A DNA stretch of 63,888 nucleotides, filler included, from Choristocarpus tenellus KU-1152 (taxonomy: Eukaryota; Protista; Phaeophyceae): NCBI GenBank assembly GCA_964200185.2. It is 12 parts of 12 records of this genome, joined end to end, with 100 filler letters (N's around TTAATTAATTAA, not from the genome) between each part and the next. Parts side by side here need not be neighbours in the genome. Positions count along the whole stretch, not along the records: positions 1 to 7,403 come from CAXNAD020006210.1; positions 7,504 to 11,901 come from CAXNAD020014732.1; positions 12,002 to 18,992 come from CAXNAD020006914.1; 9 more parts are not named here. The stretch is one strand, 5' to 3'. Made by a program: the position numbers and the translations under genes. The notes beneath the pieces were generated by a model. The model was given only the letters and a program-made list of their open reading frames with translations, was not told where the DNA came from and did no database searches. Every line of letters begins with the position of its first letter. Within the stretch, counting starts at the first letter, position 1. This document shows, piece by piece, positions 1 through 13,690 of this stretch.

Positions 1-210
1 AGGCTTGACATCCCATGGGGTTTTTTATTACATTTTCCTACTCCAAAATGTTTTGGAATAGGTCAAATGTCTATGTTATGAAAAGGTCTGTCCGGAACAA
101 GGATACTGACACTTCCTAACAAACACGATAGCCAAAATTACATCAAAATCGCAACGTTGGATTTTGGCCCCCAAATGGACGCGGCCCTGCCCTCTAAGAT
201 ACTTTGGCTC
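1..210. mobile_element. MITE family A, partial copy at contig start
   Basis: Ends in CCCTCTAAGATACTTTGGCTC; interior matches full copies such as 9611-9867. Confidence 0.9.
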
Positions 211-3044
211 TGTCCTGGTCCTACCTATATAATAAAAAGGCAGCCCAACCCAAAGACAAAATGACCAGATGAGCTTCTCTCCCAACACGCATTAAGACTC
301 TGCACCGAAAAACATCGACCAGTGATGTCACTAGTAATCATCCGAATCTCTGCATCATGTGCAAGTACACTACTATAATAGTTCAATGATTTCCTATGAC
401 AAAAATGTGAATGTTGACAAGAGACTAGTTTTGATTGATGGTAAAACATAAATATCCATACTCCAAAGCATGCACCTAGAATTTATGTAGTGTATTGCTA
501 CAGTGCAAGATTTTGACAGAATACATTGCAGAAGCTTTCCAGATTTTCTTGTACGTCTGTGTTGACATACGTTAGCAGCATGGTATGGAGGACCCCTAAG
601 TGCTGAGTATTTTGGAAGGTATTTACTGCCTCCAATCAAACAGAAGTGTTGCGGAGCACAAATTGTGTCTCGGCTGCTGCAAAAAAACAAGACAGTGTTC
701 AGTCTTGAACAGGTCTCAGGCACCCCTTACCAAACATGTTGCATATAATTTCAACACAATTGAAGAGATCAAAGTGTGTGTATGTTTACCATAGGTCTCT
801 GGCATCACTATGATAATAGTGCATGAAAGAGTGAATGGCAAGAAGTCCAGATATGTTCTTCGCATCGAACTGTATGCATATCAACCAAACTTCTTTAGAA
901 TAGAGTAGTGATGGAGGATATGGGGAAGCAGGTTAGGTGATGCTTTTGATCCGCTCCGGAAGATATCCACCAAGAAAAAAAACAGATCACCTCACACACA
1001 CCCTACTACACGACCAAAACAGAGTATCGCAGGAACTAGAAAGTACGATTAAGTACTCAATATAATAGCATAGAATAGTAAAATCTAGTACGTATCGAAG
1101 ATCATGAGAAAAGTTCAGCCTTCAATAAAAATGTTTACATGCTTAATTTTTCCTGATTCTTCCATAAATAGCTCAGAAAACTTGATCGTGTGGGTTGCAC
1201 AGTTGCATTACAGTACACAAGCATTAATACACTCACCCTGAGAGTGAAAATAGGGCTGCAACCTCCCTGGGTCCCTCGAGAGCCAATTCCTCGACTGTCT
1301 TGATGGTGTCTAGCTTACTCTGGCGCCTCCGACTCAAATCGTTGTCCGCGCGATCCGCCAAAATCATAGCCTAAACGTTGGTTCAAGTTGAGATATTTAT
1401 CTGGGCAACTCTCTTGGTACAAGGAGGAATCAAGCACTTGACTAAACCGGTAATTTCACATTGAGGAATCCTAAGGCGGTAGGTCAAAATACGACAATCT
1501 AGCAAAGCACTTGGGATATTTTTCTACAGATAGTTAGCACACCACTAATGTAGATCAGTAATGTCTTTGCTAACAGTGCGTAAATATACATAAAAAAATG
1601 AACATTTCATTTGAGAGCATCTCTTCTCATTCAATATAGAAAATTTATGTCAGTCCCTGTAGCCCTCGATCACCTCTTGAACCCATTATCCTCGCACCTG
1701 ACAACCTGGGGTATTGATCCCAGCCAAGTATCGGGGAGCAAAATGTGCAAGGCATCTCCCAGGGGCATATAATACGAACCCACCTCCATCACGACTCCTT
1801 AGCAGTGACTGCCATTCATGAGTGCCTGAGAGAATGCAATGGAGACAAGGGAGGGGAGTTCGGGCCAATATCTATGCAATGTCTGAAATGAAAAGGAAGA
1901 ATAGCTTCAGAATGGGGACGTGGATCAGAAATACACTTGGCAAGCCAGGGCGACCATGCCAGCAGAGGAATTCAATGGTGAAAGAGGTGAGGTGGGAACA
2001 GTATGGTTAGATCATGGTTGGAACACATTGTGTGGTTAGTCGTTGACAGAGCATCTGAAACTCAGTATCAGTGTAGTGGAAAATATTAATGGATAGGTAC
2101 TACAGTATATATTGAAGCAACGGTGTCCAAATACCAGAACAGCACAGCTCCTCTAGCTAGGGTTCCAATCCTGCCTCAAAGCGTTAGGAGGATAGCCCTC
2201 CCTTCAAATCACTATCACATCGCAGGAAAAATATGTGTAGTACCTACACCCCTAAGTCAGCTAATGATCATGTGAAGCGGAAAACACACCATACTTGTGG
2301 AAGTGTGTGCTTGCAGGAGCACATAATACACAGCAGTAGCCTACAGTAGCAGCCTATTATCTGCTTGGTGTGTCTAATGTTTGCAGGGGGCTTCTGCATT
2401 GGATGAACAACAACAAAACTGAAATATACACTATATGAGGCTGATGGTATTACAATCATATTGCACTCCAACAAAGCAGATGCCATGATTAATAATACTT
2501 AATTTGGGTCGAAAAATACTCACTGCAGCATCCGATTGGCATTAACAGGAGCATTACAACTTGAACCATATCACAGCGTTTTAACTCTAGCTCCAGAGTC
2601 AGAGTAAACAAGAGGTACAAAGGTTTTGGTCATTTTGCATCTCAAGTCTGCCCTTCAATCTTTTTCAATTCACCCAAGTTTCTATGAATGAGGCTCTAAG
2701 CTTGACTTGAGACCAATCATTTCTCTAATGTTTGAAACTTTTCTGACACAATTCACACAATACCCTTTGATACAGTGATAAGCCTTAAGGCACCTTTACT
2801 GAATATCATGAAAAAAATTTCCATCTACGTATGTATCCATAAACATTGCACAGGCAGGTTTTGAGCAAATCGGCGCCAGGAATCAAATGATGTTTCTCAA
2901 AGTCACATTGTAGGGACTTCAGTATGTTGTATGGAGGGTATTCATACTGGAATCCTATGTCATAGTGCATTGGTGGCATCCGAAGATGTACCAGGGAGAA
3001 CTGAACCGAATGAAAGGTTTAGGGGGATCAAACCACACATCTGA

Positions 3045-3310
3045 TCCAATGCATTTTAGAGGGTAGGGCCGAGTCTGTTTGGGGTCATAAATCCAATGTT
3101 GTGGTTTTGATGAATTTTGACTATCGTGTTTCAAGCATCAATATCCTTGCTTTGGACACGTCATTCATAGTTGTGTACGTTTTACCTACTCCGAAATGTT
3201 TCAGGGCAGGTACCTGTCTTCACAGAAAACCGAAAATAGGGCATAAAAAACCCATGGGAAGCCAAGCCCCTAGCGAAGAAATAGGGTAAATACCTATCCT
3301 CTGAAATACC
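3045..3310. mobile_element. MITE family A, old diverged copy (ends approximate)
   Basis: TTAGAGGGTAGGGCC...AATCCAATGTTG...TTTTACCTACTCCGAAATG...CCCATGGGAAGCCAAGCCCC is colinear with other copies; TIRs eroded. Confidence 0.75.
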
Positions 3311-5200
3311 AGGAACCAAGCAAGGCATAAAATTGTAGGTTGTAGAGGTCAAGATTTGGGCTTGATATTGCGCTCCACATTTAGGATGGTCAAAATTAGT
3401 GGTTAGTGTGTGTCTTCCCTCCCCTTAATCCATAGAATTTATTTTAGTGAATCACCACAAGAGGAGGTGCCATGGAAGGAGAAGAAGATATTTTTTTCGG
3501 AGGATGCTACAAACTGCACAATGTTGACATATGCCGCCTGCGAGTTGTTTTTCAATCATACCTCTGTTCAGCATCAGGTTGAACAGTTTGCTGGGATGTC
3601 TTTATACCGCAACAGGAAGATTCTCCTTATGACTTTGCAGCGGGTGGTGTAGAACAAGTCCGATTTCGTGGATAATCTAAAGTTATGGTTAGGTCATTTT
3701 TATTGTAACCTCACAATGAATTTTGTAAGAAAACTCCCACAAAAAGGGATGCAATCTGATACATCTTGTACATTCATAAGTTGCCTCGCAAATTGTTCAA
3801 GCTGATGCTGAAGAGTATTAGGGAGATGCGAAATCTAAACAGGCTACCCTCTAAGATGGTATACTTCACTCCGTTTCCTGATTGATATCCTACAACACAG
3901 CAGTCGCTAGGATCTGTACTATATAGGCTACGTATTCTATAGGATCTTATGTCTTTAGTCACTAGTACTATATAACAGAAGTATTGGCTGAGTGAAGCAA
4001 GTGTCCAGAACTTGTTTCCGTGTACTTAGAATAGCAGGTTCAAGTCTCGATGGATTGAGTTCATATTTCTGTTTAATATAAGTGGCCGACGTAGTGTATC
4101 TGACACAGTTGATGGCTGACGTAGTGTAATGTTCACCACCAGGAGGTGAGACGGATAGCACGGAACGTAGTAACTGTCACAAGCATATTTCCGACGTGTT
4201 TGCTGACGTGTGCGCATTAGATAACAAGGGAGAGCACCCCCCCCAACCTCGAGGGTAGTGCTCACTCTATTAATAAATACATCCATACAACATATTGAAA
4301 AGGCTCTATTGGAATAGCTCTCTTTTGCATAGGATCAAGAACAGTTTTCGGCCATTTTACAAGTGAAATCAAGGACTGGAGTAATAATATTCTCCGAGCA
4401 GTGACACAAACTCTCTATTGCCTCACAGGTGTTCATAGGAGCATTAATTATATTTCAAATGGTTTATATGTAGTGAAACATGCCTGATGGAGACTATATC
4501 TTTGGTTGAAAGGTGGATGTAACCCAAATATGTATCCAGCTGATATTTTGTTGACGACCTTCCATCAATACAGGTGAAATGACATTCAAGATCCACATCC
4601 TGATTATTCACCAAAAAAAATAAATTAGATTCATAATGATGACCTGAACTACAACTTAAGTGCAGCAGTATAATTGTTACTTGCTGAAAGCATCCTATCT
4701 TAAAAATGTGTTGTTTGTACTCAATGATATACCGAAGGACTGTTACCAAACTCCATACAAGGTAAGGAAGATTTGAGCACATAGCCAACTGACCACATTC
4801 TGACTATTTTGTCACTTCGAAAGAGTCAACACAGATACTGCATTGTGGAAGTCCCTTGCCTATTTTAGTACAAAAAGATTTCAAACTAATCTGCGGCGAA
4901 AGATTGTCTCTTGCAAAATATATATTCCATGGGCAAGTTCCTCAAGGAAAAATATGACCATCAATAACCTAGGGGCATTCCTTCAAAGTTTATTGAACTC
5001 TGCATGTTAGGTCTTCATAATTGAGAAGGACCTTTGGTCATCTGTGTGAAGTCTCTCTTGTGGTAAGTTTATTATGGACCACCTTATATTTAGCAAATAT
5101 TTTGCACTAAGAAGTCCCACATCCAAGGTATATATGGTTTCATTATCACTTTCCTAGTCCGATAGAAGCATACTATTTCTCACTATGAGAGAAGTAATTT

Positions 5201-5539
5201 CCATGAACTACTTTTCCCTTAGAGATACCTATTGAAAGTCTCCAATCCGCCGCACAACCTTCAACTTCATTATACCTCCCCAAGAGAACACGGATTTCTC
5301 ATCTGGAAGAAACTAATTTAACCTGTACTGGTTAGATCTAGCCAACTGAGTTCTGATCATGAATGTACCCTGACCCTCCATGAACTACTTTTCTCTTAGA
5401 GATGCCTATTGAATTTCCCCGATCGACCACATAACCTTCAACTTCATTACACCTCCCCAAGAGGGAATGGATTCCCCATCTGAAAGGAACCAATTTAACG
5501 TGTACTGGTTGAATCAAGCCAACTGAGTTCTGATCATGA
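5201..5539. repeat. Diverged tandem duplication, period 177 bp
   Basis: CCATGAACTACTTTTC...GCCAACTGAGTTCTGATCATGA at 5201-5360 and 5378-5539. Confidence 0.85.
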
Positions 5540-7403
5540 CTAATCTGACCTACCACTAGGCCCCACCACCTCTCACTAACTGCAGGTTCTTCCTGTCACC
5601 CTTTTGTTTCCCTCCACCTGTGCATCTTCACAAAACATCTTGGCAATCCTCTTACCAGGAAAATGACTGTCTCCAAACACGCCTGCCCATAATGAAACAT
5701 TCACTTTGCCCTTCCCAGAGCCTACATCCTTGCGCAGAGTTTCCACAGCAGAGGGGCAATCCTTTCCTCCTCTCCCTCCTCCATTACCACCTGCCTCCCC
5801 TGTGCCTATCCCCTCCTTTCCTTTCAGCTTAGCTGCCCCTGACACCAGTCCTACCCCATGATCCTCCAAGAACGGGTCAGTGATGTGAGCCATCTTGGAA
5901 TTTTTTACTTCAAATTTGAACGTCACTGCAGTGCGGATTCTGGTAGAACAAGAACAGCAAGATGGTAAATTTTCCAGGATTGGGGTTGGAACAGTTGTTG
6001 GAGCGCGTATGAAGAGTTGTCTACAGGGGTGGGTGGAGGTGGAGGTGGGGGTAACGATCGGAATCGCTTTTTAGGTGTTGAAGAAAAGAGATGAGAAAAA
6101 AGGGTGAAGGAGACATGAAAGAGAGAATATGTGGGGAGCAATGGGAGGTAGGAGGACTGTTTCCAGTGAGGGGGTGGTGGAAATGCACTTCAAGCAACGT
6201 TTTTCAACAATGTTGTATCCTGTATGTTGCATTGAGCCAACAGCATGCATGCCTTGCAATATCCCCCATTGGACCACTATCATCTTAGCAACATCCATAG
6301 GTGCAGAGGGTAAGGTTTAAATCCTGCCTAACAGAGAGCATTATGGAGTGGGGGAGTAGTATGTAGTGACTACAGAAGCAAGTTTCCTTCACCTTTGTCA
6401 GCATTGACTGATGATCGTGCGCTATGGTGTCATAGGTGCAACTAAGTGGAGATATAGAGTGCAAGGTCATAGTTCCAAAGGGTAAATATATTGGAACTTG
6501 AAAAATGATTGTGCTTCCCATGTTGCCCAAAACATAACAATAGTAAGTGAGGAATTATGACATTGGAACAGGGTAGTGGATCAAGTAATGCATCCAATTG
6601 CCTCAATGTGAATACAATGTTACCATACTATAAATGAGGTTTTCATGCAGTGTCTTTACATTCTCTACCTTATACTTTCTCATTTCTCTAGCATTTTGTC
6701 AGTATGTGTGAAAGCTATACTTAGACAGTACATGATACTGTACTTCATAGAACATGCACCATGGATGAAATCATATCCATGAACAAATAACATTTAATAT
6801 CCCCACATCTCTAGTATCCAGTCCCCTTATCCTGCTTCAAAACATCCCTGCTCTAATAGTAGAAGAACACCTGTGGTTGAGGAGATGGAGACTAAAGTCC
6901 CTTGATAAGGCAGGTAATCCCTCAAAAACTGAGCATGCCTCCACGGGAAGTTCGGAAAGATTGTCGTCCAAAAGAAGAACCAACGATGTTCCAACAGTTC
7001 TGCATCGGTCCAGGAAGGGTCCCAGCCCCTGATGCACACAGGTGGGGTTTCAGTACCTCCATCCCACTTTGGTGGTAGAGAACATTTGGTAACAGAATGA
7101 ATGCTATATATGGACATGGTGTTCTGGACAACTATATCACCTAGTCAGAATATTTTTCAAGTACAAAGACTGTGTCACATAGTTGTATCATCTGTCCTTG
7201 CAGGGATATGGTGTTGCACACAGGTTCATAGCCCCAGTCCCCCCTTCTCTCCACACACAAGCAGTGTACCTACACACATGCACAGCTAAATGCATGATCA
7301 TTACATCATTACTTACCCCAGAGGTCCCCTGTCCCCACAGTGGAGACAGTAGTTCCTCTGTTCCCCTTCTTAGGGTCTCAAACTCTTGGTCACAAATTCT
7401 CGC

Positions 7404-7503
7404 NNNNNNNNNNNNNNNNNNNNNNNNNNNNNNNNNNNNNNNNNNNNTTAATTAATTAANNNNNNNNNNNNNNNNNNNNNNNNNNNNNNNNNNNNNNNNN
7501 NNN
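7404..7503. other. Artificial contig linker; also at 11902-12001, 18993-19092, 29041-29140, 35003-35102, 39236-39335, 42936-43035, 48225-48324, 51450-51549, 54501-54600, 61221-61320
   Basis: Identical 100-nt N44-TTAATTAATTAA-N44 spacer with stops in all six frames, repeated 11 times. Confidence 0.98.
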
Positions 7504-7669
7504 GGGGGGGGGGGGGGGGATGGCTACCCCAGGGTGTCCATTTGGACCAATATCAGGAAAAGTGTATTTACATCATCCATCCGACGTATGCAACCAAATC
7601 ACCTAAAAATTGCGACAAAAAAATTGACCCCAAATGGACAGCCACTACCCCCCCCAGATACATCGAGCC
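7504..7669. mobile_element. MITE family B, nearly complete, at contig start
   Basis: polyG-CAGGGTGTCCATTTGG...CCCCAAATGGACAGCC-polyC-AGATACATCGAGCC. Confidence 0.88.
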
Positions 7670-8137
7670 TCATTTTAACCCGTTTTGAAGTCGTTACCTT
7701 CAAAATTGCTCGGAGATAACCCCCCGCGTTTTTGTCATTATTTCGTCGAGATATAGCTCCCATTCCCCGAAGCCTGGACATTCGTGGATACAACCTTCGA
7801 AAGGTCTTGCCATTCCCTTTCATTTGATATATGTATATTGTTGTATATCTGTTGTGGCGTTCCAGTTAAAAATCTACGGTTGCTGCAGAGGGCGAAACTA
7901 CTGGTACCACCTTAGTAGGAGTAACAGAATTGTTAGGGGTTAGAGATAAGGTAGAGTTAGGACTAATATGAGCTGGGGTACTTCGATAAAGTTCGGTATG
8001 TGCGTGCCTAATAACCTCCACCCCATAAGGCCATGTCTTATTCGTAGTATCTACTTATGCTATATTTGTGGAGGTGTACTTGTGAAAACTGAGCGTGACA
8101 ATTCCAAGACCACAGCACGAAAAATTACAAAAGAAGT

Positions 8138-8220
8138 ACCAAATCACCAAAAAAATCACGACATGAAAAAAGGGTCTCAAATGGACAGCTGCCACCCCCC
8201 CCCCCGAGATACTTTGAGCC
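8138..8220. mobile_element. MITE family B, half copy
   Basis: ACCAAATCACC...CAAATGGACAGCTGCCA-polyC-GAGATACTTTGAGCC. Confidence 0.8.
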
Positions 8221-9610
8221 AAAACTGAAAAAAAGGAAGAATTTAGTTGACAAGAAGTTAGTAGCTTACAGGGATGGTCAAGAAAGTTGAAGATGAAAAA
8301 CAAAAGTAAAGTGTATAGGAGACGAACTGGTGGATGGGCGTTCAAGACGATCTTGAGAAACTAGGGATCAGATTTGAGGGATGTTGTACAAAGGGAACAA
8401 ACCAACAGAGGCGACTGACAGCACAAAGAATTTCATGGATTAGTAGCATGCCATCCAAAATGTGGTAGCTGGCGTGTTATATGCTAAAACAGCAGCGAAG
8501 GAACCAAAGGAGATTTTGGCACATGCATCATCACCTCTCCATCCTAAAAGGAGTTGTTCTCATTGTGTCTCTCTTGTTGAGTTGATAGAAGTTCTTCTTG
8601 CGTTCCTGCTATCAAATCTTGTTTTTCTCTGGCGTTGCGTATTGTTTTTCTCAGACTATTTTCGACCAAGGGTTTGGCACTTTCAGGCTGATGTTAATAG
8701 AAATTACTCTATATATTTTTTACTTATTGAGCTCATGCGCTCAACCAAATCAATTGATAGGAGGCAGGATTGCATTTTAAGGATCTCAACAAAGGGCATA
8801 AATACTCCTTTTTGTACAACTCCAGGAATAGCATTTGCTTAATTGTGGTGTCACTTTGTGGAAAGAGGGAATATCAACTTTATGTGCACTATTGTACACA
8901 TACAGCAATGAAATAGTGTATTGCTCGGGGTAAGAAAGATGGCTTAGAGTGCTAAAGGGTCCAATCTTGCCTACTTCTCAATTGTTTTTGGCACAAAGCA
9001 CCAAAATTTTATCAAGTAAAGTCAGACAGGAGCCTACAGATGAACCACAGCACTATATGCTCGCACAGTAGACTGGTACACCTTGCATTCAGGTCTCTGG
9101 AACCGACATGCTGGGTTAGCCTCTCTTGCCCTAACATGTCAGACAAGACTGTGCAGATGACTGTGAACTCAATGATTCGATACTGCAGGTGATGGTGTAA
9201 TGTTAAAAAACAGGCCCAACTATTGCTGTGCCACTGACTGCCACGATACACGTTTTCAGATAGATCAACTCACATATGCAAGTGTACGTATGCATGGTGG
9301 GGCGAACGTTAGGTGAAGCACCAATAAGATCTAGTATATATCTCAACAAGACCTATCTATGAAGAATGGCTCATAGGTCCAATGGGGCCTTGAATCGCTA
9401 AGAGCCAAAGTAAACGAGAGGAACCCAGATTTTGACCGTTTCGCATTATAAGGCTGTTTTTCAATCTTTTGCAAGTCATCCATATCACGATGCTGGAGTG
9501 TTTTGCTCTTGCTGGATATGTTCTTCTTTCTCTTCTATTTTCTCTTGTTTTCTTTCATTGCCCTTATGTTGGCTTTTCTCAAGTGTGTACTGCCTTTCTA
9601 CCATGGGTCT

Positions 9611-9867
9611 GAGTGAAAGTATCTTAGAGGGTACGAGTTTTACCCTGTTTGTCCGTTTGGGGCTTGGCTTCCCATGGGTTTCTTATGACATTTTCCTACT
9701 CCAAAATGTTTTGGAGTAGGTAAAATGTATACGTTATGAAAAGGTGTATCCAGAACAAGGATACTGACACTTCCTAATAAACACGATAGCCAAAATTTCA
9801 TCAAAATCGCACATTTGATTTTGACCCCCAAATGGACACGGTCCTACCCTCCAAGATACTTTACCTC
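9611..9867. mobile_element. MITE family A, full length (257 bp), 4-bp TSD GTCT
   Basis: TIRs GAGTGAAAGTATCTTAGAGGGTA / TACCCTCCAAGATACTTTACCTC; GTCT at 9607-9610 and 9868-9871. Confidence 0.93.
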
Positions 9868-10490
9868 GTCTGGGATTCCCATATTTGGGAGGATGAGATT
9901 CACGATCGGGTCGAGGACCGACCTGGACTCCTGTCCGGTTGGTCGGTTCGGTTTAGTGGTTGTACCTGCTCTGAGCTAGTGGTAGCACTTCAAAATGAGG
10001 CAATTCAATAGGAAAATGGATGATAGGTACAATTATTTCAGGGCAAAAGTGTAGTAGTAGCGGGGTATCTACTTTCATGCACACTACACCAATAGTTTCA
10101 GTAGTATCCTGAATGTTAATGGAAGACTCTGAGACCCTTGTATACTGACGGATTATTCTCTTGTCGGAGTTTCAAGTATCAAACATTCAACGGCCATGAG
10201 CCACAATATGAGGAGTATCACTATAGATCTTGCTTGGAAGATGAATCTACGGGCATCTTTTAATGAGTCAAACCAATTTAGAGGTAGGCAAGTTTAAACT
10301 CTTTGGAGTCAATGACTCTGTGTACATGTATTATATAGCAGCATAAAATGTTGTTATCAACTCAGAGAAAACTTCCCGACAAAATATATTTATGATGTTG
10401 TTGTAGTCCGGCATACGTAGCACAAAATGGAAGATTCACAATCTTGATTCTCCATGCAAGTAAATTGCGCAGGTATATGGGAGTGGTGTA

Positions 10491-10749
10491 GGGCAAAAGT
10501 ATCTTAGAGGGTACAGCCGCGTCCATTTGGGGGCCAAAATCAAATGTTGCGATTTTGGTGTAATTTTGGCTATCGTGTTTGCTAGGAAGTGTCAATATCC
10601 TTAGTCTGGACACACAATTTCATAACGCATATATTTTACCTACTCCGAAATACTTTGGAGTAGGAAAATGTCACAAAAAAACCCATGGGAAGTCAAGCCC
10701 CAAATGGACAAACAGGGCAAAACTCGCACCCTCTAAGATACTTTCACTC
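10491..10749. mobile_element. MITE family A, full length, TSD TGTA/TGTG
   Basis: GGGCAAAAGTATCTTAGAGGGTA...CCCTCTAAGATACTTTCACTC. Confidence 0.92.
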
Positions 10750-10972
10750 TGTGCTTTGCAGTTGTTGATTTCAACCTCAAACAGTCGAATTTTCGCTGCA
10801 AGACTCTTCAAAAGCCTTAGAAGAGGGTCCATTTCAGCATGACAGAGGTCTGTATCATTGGAGGTTTCAAGCTATTGACAGAGATACTTCATATTACCAC
10901 ATATGTGTATGAACCCCAGTCAACATAGCGGACATTAGTTATGTCTAACCTACTGCAACATCCACCAATACA

Positions 10973-11139
10973 GGCTCAAAGCATCTGAGGGGGGTGTGTG
11001 GCGGCTGTCCATTTGGGGCCAATTTTTTCATACCTGATTTGGTTGCATACGTTGGATGGATAATGTTACTGCACTTTTCCTGGTTATGACCCTAATGAAC
11101 ACCCTGGTGTAGACCCCCCCCCCCCAGATAGTTTGGGTC
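10973..11139. mobile_element. MITE family B, full length (167 bp), 3-bp TSD ACA
   Basis: GGCTCAAAGCATCTGAGGGGG...CCCCCAGATAGTTTGGGTC flanked by ACA on both sides. Confidence 0.92.
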
Positions 11140-11725
11140 ACAATGCGGTGGAATTCTCATAACACATTGCGGTGAGGAATATACTACATCAAGAACCACA
11201 GGTATCACGTTGAGATCGAAAGCACAGCACCTCAACCGATTGGCAAGAAAAACCATATACTCAGCTGTTGACATGTCCACTTTCTCTAAGTTGAGGTTGG
11301 TTCTGAGGGCGGGTCTTCACCTCTCAAATAAAGACATCAACAGTCTCAATGGCCTTCCACACAACAAAGGCCCGAAAATCCTCTTAGGGATGTCGAGAAT
11401 ACTCTGAAATGTTACATCTAAGGGATTTGGCATGGAAATTCTTTCGGACTCACAGATATAACGTATTCCCACGAAGAAACACCGAGTGTCTCGTAAGAAG
11501 GATGTGTACAATAGCCTGGGCTGCGGCATTATCCTGATGGAGTTGTTGAAACAGGTGCATGCACATCTCCCCCAAACCTTGATGATATGTTGGCAACTGT
11601 TTCTCCCCCACAGATTGACGGTTTAACATCACAATATCCCCATCTTGGGAGCGGAAAAATGTGAATATCTTTGAAAAACTGGACATAGATAGGAGGACAG
11701 CCCTGCTCTTCTACATCACAGAAAG

Positions 11726-11901
11726 GGCTCAAAGTATTTTTTTTGGGGGGGTGGCGGCTGTCCATTTGGGGGCAATTTTTTCATGTCGCGACTTTTGCGT
11801 GATTTGGTTGCATACATCGGGTGGATAATGTAAGTGCCCTTTTCCTGGTCATGCCCCAAATGGACACCCTGTTGTAGCCCACCCCCCCCCCCCACAAGTA
11901 C
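11726..11901. mobile_element. MITE family B, runs into contig end
   Basis: GGCTCAAAGTAT...GGCGGCTGTCCATTTGGGG...CCAAATGGACACCCTG-polyC. Confidence 0.88.
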
Positions 11902-12001
11902 NNNNNNNNNNNNNNNNNNNNNNNNNNNNNNNNNNNNNNNNNNNNTTAATTAATTAANNNNNNNNNNNNNNNNNNNNNNNNNNNNNNNNNNNNNNNNNNN
12001 N

Positions 12002-12062
12002 GAAGGCAAGCCCCAAATGGACAAAATGGGAAAAACTCTTACCCTCTAAAATACTTTCACTC
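12002..12062. mobile_element. MITE family A end at contig start
   Basis: CCCCAAATGGAC...ACCCTCTAAAATACTTTCACTC. Confidence 0.85.
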
Positions 12063-12340
12063 TGAGGAGTCCCCGACTCAGCTTTTAGTCTTGCAGAGGC
12101 ACATGAAACACTGGTCGAGATCCTTGCCAGTTTCCATCGTACAGTGCTCAGAGCAGTGACGAACAGCACTTATCCGTTGTTCCATCGCAGATTCGTACTT
12201 GGACTTCAGGGTGTGCCCATGGCGCTAGACTGTTGTTGATGTATGGTTTGCCCCCTCGCCAGAGTCCATGAAGGTCTTGCACAGGCCCATGGTAGGTGGC
12301 AACGAGACTGCGTAACAGCTGGTCCTTGGCTTCTTCGTAT
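12063..12340 (-). pseudogene. Probable decayed Ty1/copia gag remnant
   Basis: Minus-strand TLKSKYESAMEQRISAVRHCSEHCTMETGKDLDQCF resembles copia gag (W..LK.KYE...R...L....M..G.D.D.yF); stops and frameshifts present. Confidence 0.4.
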
Positions 12341-13690
12341 GGGATGGTAGGTGGAGTGGCAGTGGTGACAAGACTAGAAGCGGACTAGATCAAAATTCAC
12401 TGGGCCCGAAGGGGCCACACAGCTCCATATGCTCAGGGAGCAGAGTTCGAACGCGTTTCAGGGGGATTCATCAACAGGGAAAATAGGTGGTGTTAGCTTG
12501 CGTTCCATGGCGGTACAGTGGGTGTATCTAGGGTGTAGTTGGTGGAAGTACAACAGAAGCTCAGGCAAATATGTTGTTGTATGTGTCGATCAAGTGTTGA
12601 GGCTCGTGACCTGTTGAAACCTAAATTGAACGCATCGTACATGTAAGCAAAATGTGTAAACTACGAGCGATGAGGAATCATGGTGTTCCAAAGCATCGAC
12701 GAGTGAATATATGTTATGGATAGATGTGATTGTGCCTCAAAGCACCGATTCATTTTTTCTGTTGTAACTGAGGTCAATGATCTCTCAGTTAAGAATGATG
12801 CGATGCGCATTCAGTGTTCTGTCATGAGATACTCAACGAAAGAAGTCCATACTCTGTGGAGAGACTTGTTACCTTGGCTGGGAGGGTTTCCGCGGATGGT
12901 TTTAACTCTGATTATATTACATCCATATGTGTGTTTGGTACACTTTTTGCAGAGTAAGCTTGGTGCATTACGAGAGGTTTATAGCAGCCATGAAAAAAAA
13001 TCAACAATCAACGTACAGCTGTCATCTTCTGCTGATATGAAGAAAGAGTGAAGAAAAACAAACAAGGGAACAACAGAACAAACTTGAACCAATGTGTGAT
13101 GCAACTGAAGTAACGTATACTATTGCATGTGGAATGCGGAGCGACTGTTCTGAACTACGATGTTCTGATGGTAATTGATGTAGTGATGAACTTGTGACAG
13201 TAACGTCCAAAGCGTAACAGACCAATCAACAGTCAATGTTGACTGGTGGAACTGTATCTTATCAAGGAACAGATGAGTAGCCTATGTTATAACAATTGTA
13301 GAATGCTGTAATGAATAGTTGGGATTGTTCATGATTGATCTCTATCATTACATTACAATGAATCAAACAAGATTTCTCTGGCAGACAACATCATTCTTCT
13401 GTTCAACGCCGAAATCGCCTCACAATGCATGAACACAAGCACAACACCATGACAAAAAGGATCTTTCCACGACAGGTATGTGACAGTACACCCTAGCCTC
13501 TTAAATCGTCAATTCTATGAAGATTTACAAAGAAAGTTGCAAGCTAGCATGTTATTTTGTCTCTATATTATTGGCCATTGGTTTGTTTCCTTAGCCAAGT
13601 GCGAGTCTTAAAAAAGCATTGCATTATGATGCTCCAACTAGGTGTACATTATGTCATTCATTTACTGTGAATCAATTCCTGCTCTGCTCC

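Noticed and set aside
225-1830. Exon-like minus-strand segments (about 1826-1698, 1367-1237, 393-225)
   Set aside because: Splice-like ends but no recognisable domain and no coherent gene model.
9432-10842. Recurrent short ORFs (ESILEGT..., LPTPKHFGVGK...) resembling a protein family
   Set aside because: Chance translations of the non-coding MITE A.
11143-11725. Coding-like decayed sequence between two B copies; similar sequence at 2500-2960 and 4440-5200
   Set aside because: Many stops and no diagnostic motif; cannot be assigned without a search.
7504-11901. Clustered palindromic repeats resembling a CRISPR or REP array
   Set aside because: Irregular spacing, mixed orientation, TIRs with TSDs, eukaryotic context and no cas genes.
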